Part shown: piece by piece, positions 48,177 through 62,109 of the stretch
Position numbering within the stretch: position 1 is the first letter of the stretch
Layout: each line of letters begins with the position of its first letter
Origin: Epiperipatus broadwayi
Lineage: Eukaryota > Animalia > Onychophora
Length of the DNA: 64,000 nt
Direction of reading: 5' to 3'
NCBI GenBank assembly: GCA_028023455.1
Contig: JAQFVV010000005.1
Coordinates: 20,522,001-20,586,000 of the forward strand
The notes under the pieces: generated by a model
What the model was told of the DNA's origin: nothing
Seen by the model: the letters and a program-made list of their open reading frames with translations, nothing else
The model's database searches: none
Position numbers and translations under genes: made by a program

Positions 48177-49589
48177 TTTCAAAACCTCTTTAGTTTGAAC
48201 TCAAGCCATTCTACTTATATCTCTAAGTCAATTATTATAAATTTATCAATTTCAGTTTCTTTTTAACTGAAAGCATTTTTTCCCCTTCATCAAAATGTTA
48301 ATACTAATGCATGATTAAATTCTAAAGGTTTTTAGTTTGAACAATAAAATGAAATTAAAGGTAATTATTAGATGCAGCAAAACTGGAAACTGATTCTGCA
48401 TATGTTTACCATCTGGTAATCACTGATAACTTAAGCTTATTATAGATGCCACAAAAGTAGGATACTGACCTTGCTTTATATCAGCGAAAGATAAACAGTC
48501 TTTAAATTCTGATAAGACATAATAAGGACTTCTTTGGCGAGTGTAGTAATAAAAACTTCTCAGGTTGAATAACAAGCTTTATGCCATTCTTCATCATTCT
48601 AGCTAAGGATAGCTAAATACCCATTTACTAATCAATAACTGGTTGAGTAGCTAGGCTGGTAAGAGGATTTTTATCTGATAAAAAATTCTAAATTTATACT
48701 AAATCTGGAAAAAAAAGGTTCAGAATTCACTTATCTGGGTCTTGGACTCTATAGATGAGTATAGCCACTACATCATATATAAATATAAATGAAAACATTA
48801 AAACTTAAAAAAAATACTTCTATGCATTTGAATTTAATGCATTTAATGAATCTTTGGTTTACTTCATTAATAATTTTGACTGATCCATGGTTTTCGTAAG
48901 AGCTATTAAAATTTGTTTAAGTGTATATATATATTTTCAAACAAATTTTAAAAGCTGTGAAAAGATTGTGTATGGGTCAGTCAAAACAGTTAATAAAATA
49001 AAACCAAAGATTATAAAAAAAGCAATAGATTCAAGTGCATAGAAGTATATATATTTTTTAAAAAAGGATGTTTTTAAAATTAGAATAAAACAATGCAAAA
49101 AAGTCTTAGGTTTTAGTAAATGTCATATACAGGATCATTCTAAGAAGTATATGTACATAATTTCCAGAATTCTTTCATATATTATCTTAAGCATTTCATG
49201 ATTCTTTGGGTTTCAGAGTATTGTTCCCTCTATCATTCCACTGCAAGTTTTAAGGATATTATATACCCAATCACACAAAACTCTATAAAAAGAAGATATA
49301 ACACTTAGATTTTACTGATTTTCTGATACAACTGTAATGTACTACCTGGCATCTATTAATGCAATGATTCAATTTTGTACATACCTTTTTGAAAATTGTT
49401 CTGTAATGATTGTCATAATCAGTTCGATTGTGAAGAGTAAGCAATGTCCATAAGGTAATCCCATGAAAATGATTGATAAGCATCCAATTTGATGAATACA
49501 AAAGCCATTATAAAAAGTCATTTTTTTTGTATATTATAAAAATCTTATGCTTCATATTATTAGAATGGTTTGTCCTATGGATAAGTTCA

Positions 49590-50220
49590 GAAGCAGTCAT
49601 ACAACCAATTCAATTTTTTCCCATTACTTGAATTTTTAACTCCATGTAAATCATTCCATTCTTTATGACATCCAATATGGTCAATCTTCTTGATCCCTTA
49701 CTTCTATTATCTACCATTATTACCTTCAGAGCATTTCTTATTAAATATTTTTTTTCTTTTCAATATATGATCAATTCAGTTTCTCCTCTTATGCCAAAGT
49801 CCTGCAATCAACCTTCTCTCTTCATTCAATCTTATGTAAACTTCCTCATTTGCTTCTCTATCCATTCAATTAATCATTTAAATCATTCTCCATAATCACA
49901 TTCTCAAAAGTCTCCAATCTACCTTCATATATGTTCTTTACCATCCATATCTTACAACTATACAACAATGCACACCACACACAGTATTTGGCACTTATCT
50001 TTCTCAATTTTTCTTCAATGGTCCAAATAACATTTTCTACATCTTAGTAAATGTCTCATTTGCAAATATTCTCTCTTTAATCTCATTTTCACCTATTTCA
50101 TTCTCACTCAAACAATTTCCCATTCACTTACTAAAAACTTTATTCTCAAGTTTTATCTACATTCCTCTTACAATCTGTTTAAATCTCTTTTGAGCATATT
50201 TTCAGAAAACTCATGCAAAT
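49590..50220 (-). mobile_element. Decayed RTE-like LINE 3' fragment
   Basis: Purine-rich minus strand with remnants of the post-RT YG.E.W region and the C-terminal WLG/GR motifs. Heavily mutated. Confidence 0.5.
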
Positions 50221-51230
50221 AAAATATATATTTTTAATAATTTAGTATATAGAGAACTTGAGTTTTAAAGCAAAGAATCAAAAATCAAGGATTTCAGAAT
50301 AATAGAAATATCTGTCTAGTTGTTATTAGTTAGTAATTAATTGTTCTGATGCTGACTGTAGGGTTAAGTACACTCTTAAAATTCCCTTATAGTAATTTTA
50401 AGCTATTTCAAAATAAATCAATCAAAATTTCTTTTTATAGGAAATACTACAAAAATTCATTTTCTAATCTTGCTAAAATATTTGTTGAAGTGCAATTTTC
50501 TTTTCTGAAAATTATCATAAATTTAGTCTATTGTTTTGGTAACATGAATTTGTAAACATAAATGTCCCAGAATTAAAAAAAAAAATCAAGTCAGATGTCA
50601 CATGATCTAATGTAATAAGCTTGTATTTACAAATGTTATATATAGAGCTTGCAAAATAATCTCTTCTGCAAAGCTTGTTAAGAGCTTATTTTGTGAGCTC
50701 TATATATAACATGTCACAGAATCCATAAATAAATCATATTTAGGTCAAAAAAGTTTTCTCAATTTTGCATTTGACTATAGTATAGTATTATTTCCCCTTT
50801 GCATAACAGTGATTTTCTTCCATTCAAAATATGTTTACTTTTCTTTTTTCATAATCACTCTTTTCCTTTTATTTGTTATCTAGATCTGATAATGATTATT
50901 TCAAGCATTTGGACCTTCTTCAAATGTAATTTTAAAAAATGATACTCATATATAAATGATAATACTATAAAAAGAATAGCAGTCTTTTTATTGCATTTCT
51001 CACTTCCAGGCAGAGATTTTTCTGGAAGTATTTACTAGAGGTATGGGAAGAAATCACCAGACTTCCCAACTGCTGGATGACTGATGATAGTTTGACCAGT
51101 TTTCTATCTCATGTCTTACCATATAGCTAAGATTATCTAAATATTTCAATTTACAGTCCAAAGTTAGATAGCTGGGTTGGCTATGGTTGAGATACATGAA
51201 GAAATAAGATTCTTGAAAAGAATTTCATTT

Positions 51231-51289
51231 GGCCTGAATTTAAACCCCATATTCTTATGGCAATGGATATTCTCTGTACTGTCTAAGCC
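51231..51289 (-). mobile_element. Degenerate tRNA-like SINE head
   Basis: Minus strand ggcttagacagtacagag...gccataag..atggggtttaaattcaggcc: decayed A/B-box layout similar to 23858-23918. Confidence 0.3.
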
Positions 51290-51602
51290 CTTCATTATAA
51301 TATGGTAGCCCTGGTTAATAATTTTGAGATCTAATTACATTAACCAGCTTCAAAATTCTTTGTTTTGTTGTTGAACATGCAAACAAAAACCAAGCAGATG
51401 TTTCCTCTAATTTTAAAAGGCTAGACTTTTGTTAATCCATTCTAGAGAAAATTGATGTAGGAATTGTTCAAATTCAAGAGTTCTCCGAACTTATAAATAA
51501 ATGATTTAGAAGTGACTTAAATATAATAATGGACTGATCTTAAATCTAAAAAAATATATAAATATGTCTAAAACAGCATTAATTTTTGAACAATCATAGT
51601 AG

Positions 51603-52015
51603 AGATGTGATACGATATGGCGATGCGATATGGCTACTTCTTTATTGAAGTCAGGAATCTCTCAGCCAATATACCCAAGAAAAAATGGTTAGCCACTCTA
51701 TCTTTCCTTTCCATTCCCACATCCTAAATTTTTCTCTTATACTTCTCTATCCTGCTCTATCCCATTTCCATAACATCATCTTTGTCTATTCCATGGCCTT
51801 TTTTGCTGTAACATCCTTATAATTTTTCCAACCCCAGCATAAAGACCAAGAATCCCCTTTTTGTATAATCACTTGGTCTATATTTATTGTCCCACAACTT
51901 CATTATTTGTACTCTTTCTGCTTGTAAGCATTTACATTCCATTAGCAAACGCCTAATATTTTCCATTCCTTCCTTACGTAACATGCAGATTAAATCCCCC
52001 ACATTTCTCCATTTA
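51603..52015 (-). mobile_element. 3' end of the same LINE family as 26975-28881
   Basis: ECKCLQAERVQIMKL...FLVFMLGLEK peptide and 3' UTR match 28550-28880. Confidence 0.88.
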
Positions 52016-52904
52016 TAGCACCCCCCCCCCCACCAATGATAAAATAAATTAAAAATTATTAGTTGGAAAAAATCAAGTCAAGACTTGTATTATATACTGA
52101 TCTTAATAACTACCAGTTTAAATTTAGATTCTTTAACTAAAACATCTAGTAGACAGCAATTTACTATTCAAATGAAAATTGAAATCTAAAGGATAAAATT
52201 TACACTATTAAAAAAATATATAAATGTAATAATAATAATTTAAAAAAAAAAACTGTTAAAGGTCGCATCATCCCATTTTATTTTTGCACTTTCTATTTTT
52301 TTATATAATCTTGATTAAAAACAAACATTTTATACTTAACATTTATGTTCGACATATTAATATAAAAAACTACATTATTTTAGTAATTTGTTAAACACAT
52401 TTATATTTCAAAACATCAAAGAAAAATTATCTACGTATAAACTATCTAGCTTGTGTTCACGTCTTATAATTACACAATTTTTTTAACCTTTTAACACCAA
52501 AATAAGTTCAATACTAAGCAAAGATCCAATTTACTGCTCTGCACCAGTTTACTATAATGATTCATTTATCAATTCTCAAAAGGAAACTGAGCAAATAAAC
52601 AAGTAGGAATTTCAAAAGAAGGAATACGAATACTATCATTTTATCTTAATGTTATTATACGGTAAATAAATTTTTTATCTTATTGTTGTGAACGTCTTTG
52701 ATGAAAAGCACAGAATGTATGACTGGGCGTTCTTGATTATCAGAGCGATTTTTACAGGACAGATTCAAAAATGACTTGGGTAGTTTTTGGAACTTATGGA
52801 GTAGATAACAAATTAATTAAGTAATCTTCTAAACAATACTTGTGAGAAATCAAAAGTAGTAGTGAGAATATGTGATAAATCAGAAGTTAGTTTGCTACTG
52901 GTAA

Positions 52905-53485
52905 AAGCACAATGTTGGAAGAACTAATGGATCAAATATTTTATTATAACCTGGAAAGTGTAATCACTATGATCAAAGAAAAGCACATAGGGATGCCAGT
53001 ACATGAAATGAAAGTGAATAATCTAAGATATGCATATAATATCATTGGAAAAGATGTCTTCTCCCTGAAAACGACATTAGAGATTTTAGTTGAAAAAGCC
53101 AAGAGATATAAATTATATATAAACATGGCCAAAATAAAAACAATGATGATTGGGAAAAAGTAAATGAGAAAATCAAAATTGATGAAATAGAATTAGGCAA
53201 TTTAGAAAGCTCTGTATATCTGTGAAATATTGTATCTAGTGTGTTCTTGATTGCCAATAAATAAATAAATATAATTGTAAGTATGCAGAACAGAAATATA
53301 TTTATAAACCAGACTTTAGAAAAAAAAATCAAATTAGGTCTGCTGTACATACACATGCACTTGTGTATTATATGGTTGTGAAACATGGATGTTGACAAAA
53401 GATTCAGTGAAAATAATTTTGGTATTTTATTAAAAATTAGATGCAGAAAGTTTAGCAAAAGTGCTATACACATTTGCCCATAAAA
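52905..53485 (+). mobile_element. Decayed RTE/BovB-like LINE RT fragment
   Basis: KVNNLRYA (for NNLRYADD), L.INMAKIKTM, and YGCETW at ~53370. Confidence 0.8.
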
Positions 53486-55726
53486 ATTAAATGAATGATT
53501 ATTGAAAATTAAAAACTCTAACTTTTGAATAAGGAGAGTGTCTCTAAATTATTGATATTAATACATCTACATTCACTATGTCAAAAATGAAGGTAGTGAA
53601 ACAAGCACCATGCACATATGAGTACTGAGGCCACAGTTTCTACTTAGAATCTATTAAAGATCATTATGAAGCAAGGGGCTCATCAATACTTTTCTACAGA
53701 AGTCTTTAGTAATGTATTTTGATCTCATCAATCTATTCCAAACTAATTTATTTTCTAGAATGTTTCTTATCTCTTAGTAGTCTATCACAGCTTGTTTTAG
53801 CCCATTCAGTATTCTTCTTGCATTGTTGTTGTTATTATTATTAATTTATTATTATTACAAAATAAAGAAAAATTAATATTGTAGAATTACTATTGAGTGT
53901 TTTCAGATTGCCCAATCTTGTAATAGGTGGCTCTGAAATAGAATGAATAGAGTTGCTCTTGGAAGCATATATTAAGAATAAGCTGGAAAAGTCATATATT
54001 TTGTTGGCATTAACTTTTTTAGCCAAAGGGTAGAAAGAATGTATTATTAACATAAATGTGAGACAACTAAACTATATAATACTAACTTGACTTCATATTT
54101 ATATGAGTAAGTTGGATTGCTTCAATATATTAAGATTTTTAAATTTCAGGTTACTAGGTTGAATAGTATAAAAGTTTTAATAGTGGCAATAGTTATATAA
54201 GTGCACCCCATTCCAGCTTTAATACCAAATTCTCATTGATGATGATAATAGTCAGGTAACTACTTGTGTATGTGGATATTATAACACTACCATTTACTTT
54301 TCATTAGTTACCTCATCTTATCATAGATAACTTTGGACTGAGGTAAAGAGAATTGCTTGCTCTTGGAAAGATTTCATTACTATGGCAACTGATTTATTGC
54401 CTATATGTGACTGCGTTAATAAAGATGGCGAATCAAAAGTAGGATGTCAAAAAAAAATAAATCAAGTGACAATTTGTTAGGTATGTGCTGCGATTTTTCC
54501 AAATATTAATAATCGATATTATCAAAACAATATTCTAGGCTAGGTTTAAATCTATACAGGTAGATAAATAAATGACATAGGTTCAAAACTAAGCTATTTA
54601 AAATTGATAAACCTTCACAATTAATAGCAGAAGTAAGTCTTCTAAACGAATAGCAGAAGTATCTCTAAAATACTGTACATTAAATGGATACATTCTTTAT
54701 TACAATTAGCTTCCCCATGAGACGAGAAATAATTAGAAGCTAATCACGTGGTGAGCTAACATGACTTGCATACAGCTATTATTAAACTAAACTAACTATG
54801 CAAAAAGCATAAACATATGTCTATCTGTTAAATCGTAATCATACTCTTTTTATGTTTAACAAACAAACTGGAGACCTCTGCTTTCTCTAATGATGGATAT
54901 TGCGCGTTAAAGCATTTTCTCAACACGTTTGCATTACAGTTAAATACAGCATTTTTATTGGTGTATTGAAATAGAAGTTAATATCAATTTTATCTGAATA
55001 TACAAACTGTAAATATTATCTAAAAAGGAAGAGAGAACGTTTATGTAGGTTCAGCTAATGATGTTTGGCAAATCAGTTAGAAAATAAACTTTTATTAATA
55101 ATAGCAATAAAAAATATAACTTCACGTAGATAAATATATATTAGTATAAATAAGTGATTAGAGCTTTGAATAATCGGTGACAGAACTGAGAGTGATCCAT
55201 GCGCAAATAATAAAAATTTATAATATAATAAAGAAAATACATATACTTTTATACTCCTATGTTATGAATTTAAATACAAATTAAATACTGGAAAAAAAAA
55301 TTTAATGTAAAACCTGACATTGTATGTTTTCACTAGTTTATTATACTCTGGGACATTGATTTTACAGCTAAAGTCATGCACTCATTCAGATGTTCACTCA
55401 TCATCCTAAATTTGAACTTTCACTTTAAAAACTTCGTTGTTAAAAAAACAATTTCGCAAAGATAAGTTGTCCCAAAGCAGAAGTTTAACTGTTGAAAGAG
55501 TGGATATTTTTTCTCATCTACAAGCGTCCAAAAATCTATTTGAGATGGGTTTGTTTTTAATTGTAGATCAGATTGAAAATCAATTATTTCCATTTCCAAA
55601 TTAGTGGCATTTTTATCTCATTTACAATCTTTTGCAATATTTCAGAAATATTAATATCAATAAATGCATTTAAAATGAATGAAAGAATTGGTTGAATTTT
55701 ATAAAAATCAGAAATCTATTTTTAAA

Positions 55727-55826
55727 CAGGCAAAACTCTCCATACAGTAGTGCCACCCTGTGCCAACCAGAGTAATCAATGGATACCAGAAAGCTTGTGC
55801 ATAAAATGCCCATCTAGTGCCTACTC
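55727..55826 (-). mobile_element. HHR family 1 short 5'-truncated insertion (100 bp, no ribozyme)
   Basis: cagg caaaactctccatacagtag... ctactc. Perfect 13-bp TSD atctatttttaaa (55714-55726 / 55827-55839). Confidence 0.9.
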
Positions 55827-55869
55827 ATCTATTTTTAAAATTAATATTCAGCAAGACTTACAGAATATT

Positions 55870-57800
55870 TTTCTGTTTGGATTTTCTTATATTTATTAAA
55901 GTAGTTCTCCAAATTTGTAGAGTGATTAAATTACGTTACTTTATTTGGGATATTTAAATGTTACACATGACATTAATTCAGTAATAGTTTTTTGTTCCTC
56001 CTGAAATTCTAGATTGAGTACATTCGTTTATGTTGTTATGTCTGTAGGAAAAACTAAATCAACATCCAGTCATAATCACTAAGTTCTTTATAAGTTTTGT
56101 TTCTGGATTTTACAAATGGTTTTATCTCTGGAAGAAGCTGTAAACTCAGTGTAAAACTTCTCCTTTAGAAAGCCATTGAATTTCAGAATACAATATTAAA
56201 GAAATTCAAAATGTAACATTAAAGTTCCAGCCTCAACATCAAGTTCACTAGCCAGTATTTTGAATAATCTGCTCTGAAGTGTTCTGGCGTGAATATAATT
56301 TATAATTATTTAGAACAACGCCCATGACATGTTAGCAGCACTTTTGTACATAATGCTTGTTGATGTATAAAACAATAGTAATGAAAAAAAGTTTGGAAAT
56401 TCAGCATCATTGCCATATGTTATGGACATAAGGTTTTGAAGTGAAGATTAATTTCTTTAATGTGGTTTTTAATAATATGGTGGGTGTCCTTTCTATGTGT
56501 ACTCACTTCCTCTTAATAGCAAAACTGACAGTATATCTTTTTTTACTGAGCAATTGTTAAAGACCATCTTGTAAAATATTTATTTGAGCTATATTACAAA
56601 TGTCTGTTAATTCATCACAATATAAACTTAAAAATATGCATTTTTGTAAATCATTTTTTACTTCTATTCTACAAGAGACTGAATTTGTGGATAATTGAAC
56701 TTCTGGAACAGCTGATACCATATTTTTAAATTCTTGAAATAATATCTCTGATGCAGCAAGCATGTTGTCAAAAGATCTTTTATGTATTGAAAGTATATTT
56801 ACAACCTTAAATGATACAATTGTAACAACTTTCATTTTTATGCACATTTCTGATAAGCATCGATTGTTGGAGAACTAATGCAGTTTTCATTTTCAATTCT
56901 TTCACTTTAGATTTTCTTAATACCCTGTTAGAAGAATATTCAGTACCATATTTTTCATGAATTGTTGTAAAATCTTGTTCTATGTTGCATTTTCTCCCAC
57001 AGCACGAATCAAACAAATACATTTGTCAAAAACAGGTAAAACTCTCCATATAATAGTGCCACTCAGTGCACGCCAGAGTAATCAATGGATGTCAGAAGGC
57101 TTGTGCATAAAATCCCTATCTGGTGCCTACTCATACAATATCCTCAGACTAGTTTCTAGCTTGTGGTTGTCATCACTGAGGAGCCTTGGATCTGAGAGCA
57201 CTGCACCTAGACCTTAGGATTTAACGCATTTCTCCAGAAGCCACCCTTTATCTTGACTTAACTACAAAACTATGGCAATAAAATTGAAAACACAATATTT
57301 TCAATCCAAGCTCATTATCTTATTTAGTCATATAAATCTGCACTCACTTCAGTACCCATACCTTTTGATGTCATTGGTTCTTTAATAACCACAGCTACCA
57401 CTATTCTATTAGGCAGGATAGGTATTAAACCACTAAACATCACATGATCACCATTTCTTATGCTTGCTTATAACTGTTATTAAAACAGGCAAAACTGTCC
57501 ATGCAGTAGTGCCACTTAGTGTAAGCCAGAGTAATCCTAAGAATTAGGTGCAGTGCTCTCAGATCCAAGGCTCCTCATTGATGACAGCCAAACTAGTCTG
57601 GGGATATTGGATGAGTAGGCCCTAGATAGGGATTTTATGCACAAGCTATTGATTACTCTGGTTTGTACTGAGTGGCACTATTGTATGGAGAGTTCTGCCT
57701 GTTTTAATAAGTTATGAGCAAGCATAAGAAATAGTGATCATGTGATGTTTAGTGGTGAAATACATTTGTCCTTAAAAATTAATAAAAAAAAATTCTCTTC
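55870..57800 (-). pseudogene. Decayed hAT (Charlie/SPIN, GTF2IRD2-like) transposase, interrupted by an HHR family 1 insertion
   Basis: WEENFF..IFKDKCICLI (rejoined across the insertion), LS..SV..RI, LYCDELTDICNIAQ (LDESTD), IHQQALC (HCIIHQ) and INYIHAR.LQSRLF. Frameshifts and stops. Confidence 0.85.
57028..57757. mobile_element. HHR family 1 fold-back insertion: 1.1-monomer antisense arm plus ~220-bp sense arm
   Basis: cagg marker at 57033 and 57486 (period 453); inversion at ~57535 with atc microhomology; ends gtgatgtttagtggtg. Perfect 13-bp TSD aaatacatttgtc (57015-57027 / 57758-57770). Both HHR cores mutated. Confidence 0.93.
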
Positions 57801-58380
57801 CCCATCCTCATAAAATGATAGTTGTATATATGTTTTTTAATTTTTCTTTTGGCTGATATGCAGACATAATTAGAATAACTATAAAATAATTATTAATATA
57901 TTAAAGAATAATGTACATAGAACAAGCATAGATTTTTATACTTGGTTGAAACCACTGTCAGTTGCAATACAACTTCAAAAATTTGCTTTATGTAAAGAAA
58001 TATTACAAAATAACTCAAGTGACTAATGTCTCAGTATCTACAACTCCATGTTATGCTTCAGTGGTACAAGAGTAGAATTGCTTGCAACTGCTGCATCATT
58101 CATAAAACAAACCACAATAAAAGATTACACAAACCACACTTGTTTTGCATGTCTGCTCTAGAGACTAAAATAATTTAGTTAAATCCTTGAATAAAACAGA
58201 TTTTGAAAAAAGCTGATTACCATGAGAAGCACACAAAGGTAGCAAAACCACCAGTAATCTTCACAATATCTTTCCTATTTCCTTTCTTGTCTGCTTATGC
58301 AATGGTTCTAAAAGCAAAAAAAATGATGCAGATTCTTGCTACAAAATCTCTTTGCAGCTTATTTCACTCATTGTCTAAAC

Positions 58381-59013
58381 CAGTGATGGCAAACCTATGA
58401 CCCGTGGGTCAGACACTGACCCATACAGGTTTTTTCAATCATCCACGTATTGATTTTTATAAACTTATTTTTCATATCATAAAAGAGAGAACAGACAATC
58501 AAAAATATTAAAAAAATAAAGTATATATATCTAATGTCGAATTTATAAAAAAATATTTCCAAGTGGACATTGGTTAGCTGATTTTCTATCGTGTCTGCAC
58601 CTGTGTATTATGTACATGGTCATAAAACGTCGTGTTTCATCCTTTTGTCGTGAAGCATGTATGACTCATGACAATTAGTCCTAAACTTGATGTGCATACA
58701 TATTCATTGCACCACGTACCAGCTCAAGGATATAATAGTGCTGAATTAAATGGCAGCCTTGTCGTATGCATTTAGAAATGTTTAATTATTCAACATTATT
58801 TTTTTTTTTATAATTAAAGTTTCTCATCAACCCTTATTTTTTGCTTTTCACTTGCAAAAGTAAAAGTTGTAAAACAAAAGGAAACAAACTTTTTAGAGGA
58901 TTTAATTTTCCCCCTTTCCAAGTGACGCCACTGACTTAGTGACCCACAAGCTAGTACAAAAAAAAATAATGAACAAAATTTGACCCACTTCTCAAAAAGG
59001 TTTGCCATCACTG
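58381..59013. mobile_element. hAT MITE (633 bp)
   Basis: 16-bp perfect TIRs CAGTGATGGCAAACCT / AGGTTTGCCATCACTG. 8-bp TSD gtctaaac / atctagac (6/8), close to the Charlie-type nTCTAGAn target. Confidence 0.9.
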
Positions 59014-59797
59014 ATCTAGACTATGGTTTCTGGAAATAGAATTCTTGAATGTCTGTTCACTCTCAAAAGATCAATTATATTTTAATCAGGTGATTAAAAT
59101 CATTCATGAGGAAAAAGTAATATCATCACCCTGATCTGCACACCTGTAATTGAGTAGATGGGATGATGAATTATCATAAAGTAATTGATTATTACCTGAG
59201 AACAATGTTTGTACTGTTGGATAAATTGGGTCTCCAAAATATTTTTTAAAAAAAGAGATCATTCAATGCAACTGTATGGTTATTCCTTTTTTTGAAATAC
59301 AAACATGAGTTCCCTTAATTGAATATTTATATATTGTTTAATTATACCTATGTGTATATGCATTTAAAACACAACCACTGTTCCAAACATTCACTTTCCA
59401 TATAGGTTGCATTCATGACTGATGCCTAACACAAACGCCATCATCATCATCATCAACCATTATCAATACACTGCAGGATGAAGGTCATACATGTGATTAT
59501 TTTTACTTGACTGCTGTAAACCTTAGTTGTAATTTATTATATGACATTCTATATTTTAATTTTAATTATTGTTTTAAATGGCAGCTGTATGGGATGAAAA
59601 TAAACTTGTAATACTTGTATGTTACAAAGCACATTCTAATGTTCTTTTGCATTTTGGTTTAATGGGTTTTTTTCAATTTTTATTTCAAATTATAATGTTT
59701 ATATACTATACTATGCTTTTTCTAAGTATTGCATACTTACAAAATTGGAGATATTAAATGTTTTGTATTGGTAATGTTAACATATTTATCATTAATA

Positions 59798-60085
59798 CAA
59801 TACGCTTCAATATATAAAGGTGAAATTACTAAATTCTAAATCTTAATATTGGCTAAGTGCTTTCAGAGCCTGTTTACTCCATATTTATAGCCTTAATATG
59901 TATTAAACTCATTGTATGCAAATTTATGCAAAACAATTCAGACTATCCATTTTTTTTGAAATGGCATACAATGAGTTTAATACATATTAAGGTTATGACT
60001 ATGGAGTAAATAGGCTCTGAAAGTACTTAGCCAATATTAAGATTTAGAATTTAGTAATTTCGCCTTTATACGTTGAAGCGTATTG
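59798..60085. mobile_element. Hairpin MITE (288 bp, TA TSD)
   Basis: TA|CAATACGCTTC ... GAAGCGTATTG|TA; ~120-bp arms around a ~45-bp spacer. Confidence 0.82.
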
Positions 60086-62109
60086 TACTAATTATGAAGA
60101 ACTGGTGAAACAAATTTATTATTACATATTTATCATTATTTTTTATTTGTAAAGATAATTTTAATAAAAAAAAATAGGCTAAAGAACATTTAAAAAACAT
60201 ATACACTAATGAATAACCCAAGTGAAAGCCATATATTCAAAAAGCTAAAAAAGCTTGACACACTAAAATAAAGATGCATGGGAAGGTAACATATATTATT
60301 TAAATGGTCTCAAATGATATACTCATGATGTCACTGCTTGTGCATCTTTGATTGTAAATCTCACAATAGTATTTTTAATTGATCCTTGATTGCTCAGATG
60401 TTTTCTGCACTCTTTATTAGACTATAGTTATGTTAAGGTCATTCACATTCTCCATCCTCTTTCAATAAAAATTAATTTCTGATCCTAGTAAATTCTATTA
60501 GGTTTTATTCTACTGCCAATCTTGAACTCTTAAAATGTCAGATGGGCTATTGAATTGTAAATGTATAAACCGGAATTAAATAACAAATTTCATTTTATTT
60601 TTTATATATTTGTAATTGCCTTGTATTTTTCCAGCTTGTCTAATGATGGGAAAATTTTAAAATCGGGAAGAATAAAACAGAAAAATACAAGATCTGGTTA
60701 AAGAAACAAAGAAGAGGCAATCATAATGTGACAGCTTAAATCTGATTTGTTTTTGCCATTTATTATAAAATTTAAAACCATTGGGATTAGGTGAGGCAAA
60801 GATCATTAATTTATGACAAATCATCATATATGAATAAAAGTTTACAGAACTCTAAATATGGCAAGGAGATGGCAAGCAGTGACTGATTATGGTCAAGTAG
60901 TTACCTGTAATATTTTAATGTCTTATGTATTGAATCTAACTTCAGCCTGAGAGCATGCACATACACACAAATAATGCGTCTGTCAATGCTAACTAATATT
61001 ATAGGAGAAATAAAAAAATCCAGCCTGCAAAAGAACGAGGGAGACATTTTATTTCATGAGTTATTTTATATCTAAAGCAACCTTTTCACTTATATACAGT
61101 GGGTTCAAATCATTCACTTGAATAACTTAAATAAATTAGTATTAGATGTAAAATAACGTTATTCTAGCAAAGCTTCCGGTTCAATTAAAGGCAAGTAACT
61201 AAAAAGTAATTACAGAGTTTGATTTATTTTAATAATATTTGATATTCTTTACTGTTTATTTCATTATCTTATAATGGTGAAGACCTGATTTCAATAACAT
61301 ATACACTTTAATAGAAGACAAAGAAGATAGTATATAATTACACATATGAAAGCAATAAACAAGTAAATAAATACTAAATAAATGTGCTGTTTAGTTGTTT
61401 TAACAATATTTGAAATATAACGTTTTTTTTTTTCCTTTTCTATATTTAGTGGAATTAGATTAGGAGAAGAGAGAGAAAATTTGATGTTCACTTACACTTA
61501 ATTCCCTTTATTATTTATTTATATGTTAAAACTCATGTGCAAACATTCTTTTACAGAATGTAAAAAGTTTCACGTATATTTTAGGCTGATAACTGTCATG
61601 AAACAAAGGACATATTAATATTGGAGTTATTTTAAAAGTTGGTACGATTATTGACATATGTTTACAAGGTTATTAATTACTTGATTTATGACAAGCAACA
61701 TGTTCAAAAATCGATTTTCATTAAATTATTTGTTTTGTTAATGTTTAAAGCTTTTGTATTGTCTTTAATCTCAATTCTACACTAATTGATTTATACAATT
61801 TATGTCATATGTATGATAATCAGATATTAAGTTTCAAGTTTAACGAATGGCTTTCAATTTCCAAAATTTAGAAAACTGGCATTATCAGAATTAGTGGTTT
61901 GAGTGAGGTAGATTAATTTATATTTAAATCATATCCCCCAGCCAAAGATTAAAATTAACCATTGTCGAGGCATAACTCAGATAGTAATGAAAATGTCTTG
62001 ACAACAGATTGTTGATATTCTATTAGCTAATTTTAAGCATTTGCTGTTGGTATGTGGTGTAAATATAATAGTAATTAAGTATCTTCACTTATGGTTTATT
62101 ATTTATATT

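Noticed and set aside
50990-51128. Strong plus-strand acceptor (ttctcacttccag) followed by a 31-nt exon or the frame QRFFWKYLLEVWEEITRLPNCW...*
   Set aside because: Isolated candidate exon with no recognisable family and no linked upstream exon.
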